Source: an uncultured Methanoregula sp. (GTDB lineage Archaea > Halobacteriota > Methanomicrobia > Methanomicrobiales > Methanospirillaceae). Taken from it: 64,000 nucleotides of DNA. The stretch spans positions 356,861-420,860 of the forward strand of contig NZ_CAXXIR010000002.1 in the NCBI RefSeq assembly GCF_963678795.2. The letters are read 5' to 3'. Below are positions 19,135-27,830 of this stretch, piece after piece. Position 1 is the first letter of the stretch; the number at the start of each line of letters is the position of its first letter. The translations under genes and the position numbers were made by a program. Under the pieces are notes generated by a model that made no database searches, was not told the origin of the DNA, and was given only the letters and a program-made list of their open reading frames with translations.

Positions 19135-19727
19135 CCCTCGACCAGTACCGATCCCATGCCAAGGTCTATATTGATCCGCTCGTTACCATCGCCATCCGGT
19201 GCCGGCTCACCCCGAATTTCTTCACGCTTGCAGCGCTTGCAGCTTCGGCGGTTGCCGGGATCCTCTTCTACCTCCGGCTGGAGTTGTGGGGGGTTCTTGC
19301 CGTTGCCGTCAATGCGTTCTGCGACGCTATGGACGGGGCCGTTGCCCGCGAGATGAAGTGCCAGAGCAAACGCGGGGATTTCCTCGACCATGCTGTCGAC
19401 CGTTATGCAGACATCTTTATTATCACCGGTATCTTTGCCGGTGGGCTCGTGCCGTGGCAGATCGGCGTCTTTGCTCTCACCGGTGTCCTGATGGCCTCCT
19501 ATCTCGGCACCCAGGCACAGGCAGTCGGTGTCGGGCGGTATTATGGCGGGCTGCTCGGGCGGGCCGATCGCCTTGTCATGATCATGGTGGTCGGGATCAT
19601 CGACATGCTTGTCCCCCTGAGTTTCTATGGGCTCTCACTTCTCGGGTGGATGCTTGTCCTCTTCGGGGTCTTTGGCTATATCACATCATTCCAGCGGTTC
19701 GCCTACGTGTGGCGGACCGTGGAGTGA
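19131..19727 (+). CDS. CDP-alcohol phosphatidyltransferase family protein (size and form of archaetidylinositol-phosphate synthase)
   Basis: Motif 'DAMDGAVAR...G..LD..VDRYAD' (D-x2-DG-x2-AR...D-x3-D) and about 6 TM helices. Confidence 0.8.
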   Translation: MTLDQYRSHAKVYIDPLVTIAIRCRLTPNFFTLAALAASAVAGILFYLRLELWGVLAVAVNAFCDAMDGAVAREMKCQSKRGDFLDHAVDRYADIFIITGIFAGGLVPWQIGVFALTGVLMASYLGTQAQAVGVGRYYGGLLGRADRLVMIMVVGIIDMLVPLSFYGLSLLGWMLVLFGVFGYITSFQRFAYVWRTVE

Positions 19728-20275
19728 TTTCCTCTTTATCCCTCCGGTAATGGCAGCAACAGATTACCTGAAGTGTGCATCATTATTCTCAATGGGGTGC
19801 CGGTAATCTGACAGTTAAGGAGGATCCTGTCCCCCGTGTATATTTTAACTATCCGTGATACACCCGGTTTTGATTATTGATTATACACATAGGTTATAAA
19901 TTGTAGTCTTTCTCTTGATATCCTTGCAGTATCTGCTCGTGAGTGATTATAATCCTATGATTATCCTGGAAAGCAAACCTGGAAACAAAATACTTTTTCG
20001 GGGAATCACGGGAACGTGCGTGAACCCGGTTTAAATTATCCGTTATGCGATCCGTAGTGATAAACACATCTGCCTGTAACAATTAATTATACAGAATTAT
20101 AACCAATAAACAGAATATTTTAATACTATAATCTCAAACATAGTTGTCACACGTTAAGGATACCGTGAGATCACCATGAGCCTCCAAAAAACAGTGTTCC
20201 CCAAAAAAATACAGACAATTAATTTCTCTGGCATGACACCTGTGATCGTTAATACCCTGGAAAGGAGGAATATTG

Positions 20276-21058
20276 ATGCATAACCGGCATCTTTCTTGGG
20301 TCTGCCTCAGCCTTTTCATCCTGAGCTTCGTCCTTATTCCTGCTGTTGGTGCAATCTCAAATACTATTGAAATCCCGGCGAGCAAGGATCCGCTTGATCG
20401 GGACCGCCCTGAAAACATTGCTGCCCTCAAAAATCACATCGCATATGTCGGGGAATCACAGGAAGCACGCATGGACGGGGTGATCTCTTATATCAGCAAC
20501 ATAAGCAGGAATGAGGGAGTCGAGAAACTCCAGCAGATCCGTAACGATTACCTAGCAGCGGCTTCTACAATCCCGGTTATGCAGACCGCTGATGAAATAA
20601 ATGCCGCCCGGGATGATATGTGCGTTCAATCACAGCTGTTTGCTGAAGAGACCCGGAACCAGATAGTAATGTTCAAAGGAACTCCCGAAGGAATGCAGGA
20701 GAGTGTAACGATCTCGTTGAATACATTCGAGGCCTCATTGAACGGCATGACCGATTCGCTCTGGCTCTCCCGCCAGAGTGCCAGGATTATTATCTTCAAC
20801 CGCGAATCCCAAGAACGCACCAGCTTGCTGAGAAGCCTGACTGAAAACGGTACTGATACTACGCAGGCACAGAGGCTATCAGACCAGATCGACTCCAAAC
20901 GCCCTGAACTCGAAACAGCGTTGCGGAATAACAAGGGGATGGCGGTCAGAAACGTCAATACCGCTGTCAAAAGCCTCAACCAGCAGTTCCGGAACACCAT
21001 TGCGGATTATCGCACGAACCTGAAGATCAAGGCGAGTATTGCCTTAATCAAGGCATAA
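20276..21058 (+). CDS. secreted alpha-helical hypothetical protein
   Basis: The ATG is preceded by 'AAAGGAGGAA'. Signal peptide 'LSLFILSFVLIPAVGA'. No family recognised. About 50% GC by hand count. Confidence 0.5.
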   Translation: MHNRHLSWVCLSLFILSFVLIPAVGAISNTIEIPASKDPLDRDRPENIAALKNHIAYVGESQEARMDGVISYISNISRNEGVEKLQQIRNDYLAAASTIPVMQTADEINAARDDMCVQSQLFAEETRNQIVMFKGTPEGMQESVTISLNTFEASLNGMTDSLWLSRQSARIIIFNRESQERTSLLRSLTENGTDTTQAQRLSDQIDSKRPELETALRNNKGMAVRNVNTAVKSLNQQFRNTIADYRTNLKIKASIALIKA

Positions 21059-21210
21059 ACGAAGAGAGACCTCCTCCTTCCTCGGGTTCTGTATTATTTT
21101 AGCTGCAGGTTGTGCGATTCAGCTGTAATCTATCCGGCGAATTCGGTCGTTTTGATCTTCCAGGATAAGTGGATACTCTTTTATTCTCCCGTTCAGATAA
21201 TCCGTACTCC

Positions 21211-22527
21211 ATGATCCGTTGTCCCCGTTGCAAGACGAATATTTCTGATGATCAATCACATTGTCCGATTTGCCGGACAGAACTGCGAATGGGGACAGAT
21301 TATCAGAAGACCCCTGAGGATAATCCCGTTTCCCCACAGCCCCATGACCCTTCCGTTACCAGGATATATTATGCCGGCTTCTGGAGGAGACTTGGTGCAA
21401 TCATCCCCGATTTGGCCGTTGCAGGTATTGTTGCCCTTGTAATCAATCATTTTCTTCAACAATTGAAAATTCCCTTCCCCCTCCTTGTAACCATCTTTCT
21501 TACCGGAGCAGTCTACCTGCTCCTCTACTCGCCTCTTTTCATCAGCTCCCAGTACCGGGCAACACCTGGTAAGATGCTGCTCGGTATAATCGTAGTATAT
21601 GATAATGGCAGGCAGCTCCCGTTCTCCCGTGCCCTTGTCCGGGAACTGGGCAAATATATCTCCCTCCTCCTGTTCGGTCTTGGTTTTATCATGATCGGGT
21701 TTACCCGGAAGAAACAGGGCCTTCATGATCTTCTGGCACTCACGGTCGTGGTCAAACGATCGGACAGCCTCATCTACCAGCGCTATAATATAACAAATCC
21801 CGCGGCGGCAAGAAAGCGGCTCCGGCTGGCCTCAATTTTTATCTGCATCTGTCTTGTCTGTACTCTCCTCCCGCTCCTGTATCTTGGCACAATGCCCGAA
21901 AAGACCATGAACCCCCGTTTTGTTGCTGCGCAGGGCCTGAGTTCAGCTGCCGATACCATTGCCAGCTCAAAATATCCTGAATATTCCCTTGAGGTATATG
22001 ATACAGCCATCGAATTCCAGCCCAATGATACGGCAATCCTGATGAAAAAAATGTATGTCCTGAACAATGTCGGGCGTGGAGAAGAAGCACGGCAGTACCT
22101 TGACCAGATGGTTGAGATTTATCCGAATGAGACCACCCCGATGATCTTTAAAGGGGATCTCTATCTTGAGGAAGGGAAGTTCCAGGATGCGCTGGACTGT
22201 TACGAAAAGGCAATTGCAGCAGATCCAAAAAATGCCAGGATCTGGATAAAATCCGGAGATGCGCACCTCCTTATGGCGGTTACCGGGATGAAAGAGATCC
22301 GTGGTATGTACCGGAACCTCACCACCCGGCCCGGGAGATCAGGCCCGCTGGAAAGTGTCGGTCCGGTTGATGCATTCCAGACTGCCCAGCCCTATCAGGA
22401 TGCCATGAAATGCTATAACAAGGCAATCGAACTTGACCCCATGACCAGTGTGGCAATCTCCGGCAGGATCTTATCCTCTACGGGGAACCTTGTGGAAACC
22501 TACCAGGGAATCCTGGATGATATGTAA
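21211..22527 (+). CDS. zinc-ribbon + RDD-domain membrane protein with C-terminal TPR repeats
   Basis: 'CPRCKTNISDDQSHCPICRTEL', RDD region 'YAGFWRRLGAIIPDLAV ... GLHDLLALTVVV', and a TPR-like C-terminus. Confidence 0.7.
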   Translation: MIRCPRCKTNISDDQSHCPICRTELRMGTDYQKTPEDNPVSPQPHDPSVTRIYYAGFWRRLGAIIPDLAVAGIVALVINHFLQQLKIPFPLLVTIFLTGAVYLLLYSPLFISSQYRATPGKMLLGIIVVYDNGRQLPFSRALVRELGKYISLLLFGLGFIMIGFTRKKQGLHDLLALTVVVKRSDSLIYQRYNITNPAAARKRLRLASIFICICLVCTLLPLLYLGTMPEKTMNPRFVAAQGLSSAADTIASSKYPEYSLEVYDTAIEFQPNDTAILMKKMYVLNNVGRGEEARQYLDQMVEIYPNETTPMIFKGDLYLEEGKFQDALDCYEKAIAADPKNARIWIKSGDAHLLMAVTGMKEIRGMYRNLTTRPGRSGPLESVGPVDAFQTAQPYQDAMKCYNKAIELDPMTSVAISGRILSSTGNLVETYQGILDDM

Positions 22528-22578
22528 CGATCCCGCTCCCGCTTTTTTCCCGTATTGCATTAATCCCATCGGGAATCC

Positions 22579-23238
22579 CTATGGCAGGCTTGTATTTTCC
22601 GCAACCTTCCGGATATACACGAGTGCCGCAACCGCATCCTTCTTTTTCTGGTCGCAGGCATGCGTTTCCACCCATTCGAGAAACCGCCCGCGGGTACCAG
22701 CGCTGACGCGGTCTCCGGCACGTGCAGCTATTGACCGGTATGTTCTCTGCGGGTAGAAGATTGCCCGGGCAGCGGCAAGCAGGGCATCATGTTCACCAGC
22801 ATCGATGATCCCGCCTTCCTCAGCAGCGTTCAGGGTAAACCGGATGTTGATGAGGGGCTCGGAGAGTGACATCCCGGAGACGGGATCAAACACCAGGGCA
22901 ACCTCATCGTCAGAGATGAGCTCGCCACTCTTGTACATCCGGTAAATCTCGCCGATCCCCACCATGCCCAGGGTATCCATCTCAGCTGCCCGGAGCGCCC
23001 CCATGCTGGACGAACCGACCACGTGGACGCCTTTCTTTACTGCGGCAAGGATCTCCCGGTGAGCCACTGCGCTCTCCTGGTGGAAGACACCGTCAATAAG
23101 GCCGATGATCTCTGCTCCTTCCCCTGCAGCGGCAAGCAGGTCGCCCCTTTTTGCCGGGGGACGGTAATCTGCAGGAAGGATCTCTTCTGCTGCAGTACGG
23201 TCAAGACTTGGCCCGAGAAAGACGATGATCTTTGGCAT
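22579..23238 (-). CDS. tfuA: TfuA-like protein (McrA glycine thioamidation partner)
   Basis: 'IIVFLGPSL...YRPPAKRGDLL...IGLIDGVF' is the TfuA signature. It overlaps the ycaO 3' end. Confidence 0.85.
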   Translation of the reverse strand: MPKIIVFLGPSLDRTAAEEILPADYRPPAKRGDLLAAAGEGAEIIGLIDGVFHQESAVAHREILAAVKKGVHVVGSSSMGALRAAEMDTLGMVGIGEIYRMYKSGELISDDEVALVFDPVSGMSLSEPLINIRFTLNAAEEGGIIDAGEHDALLAAARAIFYPQRTYRSIAARAGDRVSAGTRGRFLEWVETHACDQKKKDAVAALVYIRKVAENTSLP

Positions 23239-24412
23239 TGTTTACCCGCTCCCCCCGCCGCTCGGGGTCCATGGCAAAGGCCTCAAGCCCGGGAACGATT
23301 ACCCTGACAACCGGGATGCCGATCTCTTCCCGCGTCAGGTCAACGACGATAACCTGGTCCAGTCCCTGATCTGCGAGCCGTTCGATGATGTACTGGATAT
23401 CTTTCTGGAAATCATCGGTGTCGGACGAGGGGACATCCCGGTACGGGATCGTTCCGTTATCCCGGTACCAGTAACCGTTGATCCTCTTCGTCCTTTCGTA
23501 TCCCATCTTCTTGCGGAGATCGGCGATAGTAGTATCTTCCCGTGCGCCGTGGATCTGGGTGAGCCGGCTCTGTGCTACCTCGGTGAGCGCCCGCATGACC
23601 GCGATCCGGGCATTGGTGTGCGTCCCGATCCCGATGGTGAGGAGCGAGGGGTCTTTTAAGAGTATGTCATCCGAGACCGCCGCGATGGTCGGGATGCCGA
23701 TGTCGCTTGTGATATCCCGCACTTTCACTTCCACCTGCGCGTCGGTAAACTTCCTGAGCATCTCCGCAAGCGCCGGATCATCGATATCCGTGAGGCAGGG
23801 CCCGGTATCCCGGCATCCTTCGACGAGTGACCAGGCATCCCGTTCGATCACTTCCGAGAGTGCGTGGAAGATCGCCTCCTCGAGGGTATTTCCGGACGCG
23901 AGTCCGTTGGTATTCGTGCGGAAAAGCCCCCGGTAATTGTGCGGGAGAGGGTGGAAGACCGCGAATGCAGGCACGAAGACCGGGTAGTTGTTTGCTATGT
24001 CATACCCCTCGACCCATGCTATGAGCCGGTCGGTATCCGCTCCCTCAGGAAGGATGAGGTCTTTTGGATCGAGCACCCTCCCATGGGCATGCATCTGCTG
24101 GAACGGGGCAAGGATGGTCCTGCGATCGTGCAGTTCGGACGAGTACCGTTCGATCCCCTCCATTATGGCTGAAATCCTCGATTCCTCGACCGTCGCCCCT
24201 TTCCCGTTATACACGGTGATGGCCCCGGATTCTGCGGTCGGGCGGATACAGGAAAAGACCGGGATGCCGATGCGGTCGAGGCTGGTGATATCGGCTACCC
24301 GCGTTATTCCTGCGGCCGGTACCAGGGGTTCGATACGGGCAAGCGTCTCGTCAAGCGGGACTGCACGCTGCGTTTCATTGTAATAGGTTTTCTTACAGGA
24401 TTTGAGCTGCAT
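23201..24412 (-). CDS. ycaO: YcaO-type ATP-dependent amide activator (methanogenesis marker protein 1)
   Basis: 403 aa. Matches seen in 'GKGATVEESRISAIMEGIERYS', 'NGLASGNTLEEAIFHALSEVIERDA' and 'GIPVVRVIVPGL'. Confidence 0.88.
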   Translation of the reverse strand: MQLKSCKKTYYNETQRAVPLDETLARIEPLVPAAGITRVADITSLDRIGIPVFSCIRPTAESGAITVYNGKGATVEESRISAIMEGIERYSSELHDRRTILAPFQQMHAHGRVLDPKDLILPEGADTDRLIAWVEGYDIANNYPVFVPAFAVFHPLPHNYRGLFRTNTNGLASGNTLEEAIFHALSEVIERDAWSLVEGCRDTGPCLTDIDDPALAEMLRKFTDAQVEVKVRDITSDIGIPTIAAVSDDILLKDPSLLTIGIGTHTNARIAVMRALTEVAQSRLTQIHGAREDTTIADLRKKMGYERTKRINGYWYRDNGTIPYRDVPSSDTDDFQKDIQYIIERLADQGLDQVIVVDLTREEIGIPVVRVIVPGLEAFAMDPERRGERVNNAKDHRLSRAKS

Positions 24413-24617
24413 GGACTCACCGGTGTCTTATTGGATCTGTCGGAACGGATGAAAGGACGGTATCTGTATATATCTGGTGCTCGCTTCCGGGGTTTATACA
24501 TGCCCATAACGGTTTTGGGGACGGTCCCTTCTCCCGGCTGATGACGCCGAACATTTTCGCGGTTAAATAAACCCATAAATAGCGCAGGGACAGAAAAATC
24601 CATGAGAGGTGTTTTGT

Positions 24618-25010
24618 ATGAAAACGATTTCTTTTGCATCCATAGCGGTCATTGTCCTCATCATGGTCTCACTTGCCGCTGCAGGCGGTACTACCCGGTC
24701 GCCTGGTATTCCTCAAACCACGCCGGTCCCGACCACTCTTCCTGTTGTTCATGCCGGTGAATCGTCCTGCGGGTTCACGACATGCCATGGTCTCGACCTC
24801 GCGTGCGGGACCAATGCCCCGCAGGTCTGCACCATGATGTACCAGCTTGGCGACAAATGCCGGCAGTATGCCCGGTGCGAGAGCAGCGGGGGCAGCTGCA
24901 GGCTTGTCACTGACCCGCAGTTCGATTCCTGCAAAGCCTGCGTTGAACAGTGTGCAGTAAAAGCGGGTAGCAACGGGCAGGCTGCTTTCGCGTGCGAGGC
25001 AACGTGCTGA
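24618..25010 (+). CDS. secreted cysteine-rich protein (12 Cys in ~85 mature residues)
   Basis: The ATG is preceded by 'GAGAGGTG'. Signal/TM 'ISFASIAVIVLIMVSLAAAGG', a Thr/Pro linker, then a Cys-rich domain ending in '...ACEATC'. Confidence 0.55.
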   Translation: MKTISFASIAVIVLIMVSLAAAGGTTRSPGIPQTTPVPTTLPVVHAGESSCGFTTCHGLDLACGTNAPQVCTMMYQLGDKCRQYARCESSGGSCRLVTDPQFDSCKACVEQCAVKAGSNGQAAFACEATC

Positions 25011-25049
25011 TACCGGTAATCCCCCGGGCAGCACCCCGGTTCATGCGCC

Positions 25050-25892
25050 TTACCCGGCACTCCCCACTCCAACCGGATGGCGTTTCACGTACCAGATGAC
25101 GATTGCAGCCAGCAGAAGGCTTGAGCCGATGTCGAAGCCGAACTGTGGTACCATACCCGCGGTTCCGTGGACTGCCTGTCCGGTCACATAGAGTGGTTCC
25201 CAGCAGCTCCCGATCCAGTCCGAGACCGTGTGCAGGAGGAGGCAGGGCCAGATGCTGCCGGATGCAAGGCGCAGCCAGCAGTACACGAACGAGATCCCGA
25301 TAAACCCGATGGTCATGTCAATGAAGGCTGCCCATACAGGTACTCCCGGGGGATTGCTCCAGAGAAGCTTGGGGAAATGCCAGGCAGCCCAGAGGATGGC
25401 GGAGACGAGCCCGGCCAGGATGAAGCTGCCGGTCCCCTCCATGAGTTCCGGCACAAGGAACCCCCGCCAGCCGATCTCCTCGCCAAGGTTGAGGGCCAGC
25501 AGGAACAGGAAGGTGCCCCCGAGCGCGAAAAGATCCAGGTGAGCCGGCCCGCTCACGGGGGACACAAGACCCGGCACAAGAAGGAGAAGGCCTTTTCCAA
25601 GGATCACCAGGGCTGCCGCAATGGCAAGGGCACAGGCGTAATACCGGATCTTTCCCGGCCCCCATCCGAACGAGCGGAGATCCCTGCGGAAGAGAATGGC
25701 CGTTATGACCGCAGCGATGGCAGGGCTGTACCCGGAGCCCCAGACAACGATTGCATTCAGGATCCCGATGGGAATGCCGGCATGATACAGCACGAGAAAT
25801 ACCGGCGCGAGCGCGTACAGGAGCAGACTGATGGCGAATGCCAGGATCGTGAAGGTTGCGATCATGGCGATGAAGCGGCGGGAGATTGTCAT
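25050..25892 (-). CDS. CPBP-family (CAAX-type) intramembrane metalloprotease
   Basis: Motifs 'GEEIGWRGFL' (EExxxR), 'WAAWHFP' (FxxxH-like) and 'LLLHTVSD' (HxxxD). Confidence 0.8.
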   Translation of the reverse strand: MTISRRFIAMIATFTILAFAISLLLYALAPVFLVLYHAGIPIGILNAIVVWGSGYSPAIAAVITAILFRRDLRSFGWGPGKIRYYACALAIAAALVILGKGLLLLVPGLVSPVSGPAHLDLFALGGTFLFLLALNLGEEIGWRGFLVPELMEGTGSFILAGLVSAILWAAWHFPKLLWSNPPGVPVWAAFIDMTIGFIGISFVYCWLRLASGSIWPCLLLHTVSDWIGSCWEPLYVTGQAVHGTAGMVPQFGFDIGSSLLLAAIVIWYVKRHPVGVGSAG

Positions 25893-26433
25893 GGATGATC
25901 ATCCGGGGAGTTGTGGCAGTATGCCTGTACGATAACCGCAATTGGCGACAAGCGATCGGTGTGATCAATGCTGGTGTAATGGAGAGTAATCCGGGGTCGT
26001 GCATAAATGCACCGAAAAACATCCACGGATGATGAAGAAAACGTGAACCGGTATCAATCCCCGGATACTTCCCGGATCCATCGGTCGCCATTCCATAATC
26101 AGGGCCCCGGCACGGTTGGAGGGGACTTTCTGCGCCCAATTGATGCTAATTAGACATTTTCCGGTATTTGACGTGGAAAAACTAATCCGGGCGTTTTGCG
26201 GGCAGAAATCCGGGCTCATTGCACCGTTTTCCCCCCAATTCGATCTGTTTTAGGAAACCCGAAAACAGGGGCCCGGATAAAGTCCATTATACGGGCCCCG
26301 TTTTCCAATCCGGGCATTTTTCGAAGGGTCGATCCGTGCCTGCCCCGCCCCTTTCCCGGGGGATCCGCACCGACGGAGGATTCCGGAGGGGATGCCCGGG
26401 TCTGCGGGATTAGCCCTGCCTCTGCCGGATTTC

Positions 26434-27435
26434 CTAAAACCAGCTCTCAAGCGTCCGCTGGCCGGCTTTCACCGAGAACCCCTCGATCGCCCTGCTGATA
26501 CGGTCCTCGGAGAACTCGTAACCGTCGCAGAGGAGTTTTTTTATCCCTTCCGGATCCGGGTGGCCGGCCGCGACCGAGTAATCGTCAGTCACCGGCGGGT
26601 GGAGGAACATCTCCATGACCGGCTCGGGATCGAAGTCCGGGATCTTCTCTTTGAGTTTTGTGTCGAACTCCCCTTTCTGCACGATCTTCAGGCCGGTCTT
26701 TGCACCAACCCCGTCAACGCCCGGGTTGAAGTCGGTGCCAATCAGGATACCGATCTGGATGAGCTGCTCGCGGGTGAGCTTCAGGCCAGCCAGGGTCTCG
26801 GCAAGCACGATTCGCTCCGGGCTCACCGTGATCTGCCGGCCCCGGATCTTCCGTTTCCCGGAGACCGTCAGGTTGCGGACGAGCGTGGGGGCGCCGAAGA
26901 GCAGGTTGTCGTAATCCTGCGAGACCACGTACCGGGCATCTCCCTTTGCCACCATGTAGGATGCCTGGGCCTCGCCCTCGCCCGGGGCCTGCACAACCGG
27001 GATGCCCATCAGCCGGAGGAGTTCCTTTGATGTCTCGACAATAGTGGTATCGACCCGCGTCGCAGACCGGGCCTGCTTGTACGCTTCCTCATCGTCTCCC
27101 CGCTCAACGGCCTCCTTCCATTTCTCGCCGGCCGTGTCGCGGAGCTTCCGGCGTTCATCGATGGTCGCCTGCTTCAGGGCCGCTGGCTTGCCGTCGAAGA
27201 CAAAGACCGGCTTGATCCCCTTCTCCATGAAGCTCGCCATCCGGAAGAGAATGCCCGAGAGATGGGAGGTGACCCGGCCCCTGCTGTCCATCAGCGGTGT
27301 CCCGTCCGGCTGCCGGATGATGGTCAAAAACTGGTACAGCGCATTGTTCGCATCAATGGCAGCGATACCCGGCAGGGCTTCCCAGGTAACAGGGGTCTTG
27401 TAATCCGCGATGATGTCCCGTAGTGCAACGCCCAT
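26434..27435 (-). CDS. fen: flap endonuclease 1
   Basis: '[14 protein letters not shown]', 'VFVFDGKPP-like', '[12 protein letters not shown]', '[12 protein letters not shown]' and the H3TH region 'GTDFNPG'. Confidence 0.93.
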   Translation of the reverse strand: MGVALRDIIADYKTPVTWEALPGIAAIDANNALYQFLTIIRQPDGTPLMDSRGRVTSHLSGILFRMASFMEKGIKPVFVFDGKPAALKQATIDERRKLRDTAGEKWKEAVERGDDEEAYKQARSATRVDTTIVETSKELLRLMGIPVVQAPGEGEAQASYMVAKGDARYVVSQDYDNLLFGAPTLVRNLTVSGKRKIRGRQITVSPERIVLAETLAGLKLTREQLIQIGILIGTDFNPGVDGVGAKTGLKIVQKGEFDTKLKEKIPDFDPEPVMEMFLHPPVTDDYSVAAGHPDPEGIKKLLCDGYEFSEDRISRAIEGFSVKAGQRTLESWF

Positions 27436-27458
27436 GCTTTTACACTTCTGCTCTTTTT

Positions 27459-27773
27459 TTATTTGTAGGCACGCCTGCTCATCTCGGCCACGAGCTCGTC
27501 GAGATGGTTTATCGCCATGTCATACTTGTCCACCATCCGGGTTGAGATCTCCTCGAGATTGGTCCGGAGCATCCGCTCGCGGGTGACGACGCTCTGCTCA
27601 AGCTTGCGCATCTTGACCTGAAGCGAGAGGAAGAGCCCGCCGATCGAGAGCATCATTAAGCATGCCGCTACCGCGATCGTGAGATCCTGCCAGAACCGGA
27701 GGATAAGAACGAGAGTGGAAATGACCATGATGATGGTGAGCAGGATATCGAATGCATACTCACGTATGTCCAT
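27459..27773 (-). CDS. small membrane protein with C-terminal coiled coil
   Basis: Two TM helices followed by a helical tail. The ATG at 27773 is preferred over the GTG at 27794. Confidence 0.45.
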   Translation of the reverse strand: MDIREYAFDILLTIIMVISTLVLILRFWQDLTIAVAACLMMLSIGGLFLSLQVKMRKLEQSVVTRERMLRTNLEEISTRMVDKYDMAINHLDELVAEMSRRAYK

Positions 27774-27830
27774 GCTTTTAGATGATGAGAGCACACTAAT
27801 TAAGCTAACTAAATCACCGGAGACACCAGC

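Noticed and set aside
19894-20082. A 62-aa minus-strand ORF in the AT-rich spacer with a faint PIN-like 'ADVFITTD' segment (possible toxin remnant).
   Set aside because: It is too short, the other PIN acidic residues are missing, there is no antitoxin partner ORF and no SD. It cannot be distinguished from a chance ORF in AT-rich DNA.
26262-26300. 'ggataaagtcc' resembling the RNase P RNA CR-I 'GGAAAGUCC' motif.
   Set aside because: Only a partial match. None of the other conserved RNase P regions (CR-II to CR-V) or the expected ~300-nt helical architecture are evident.
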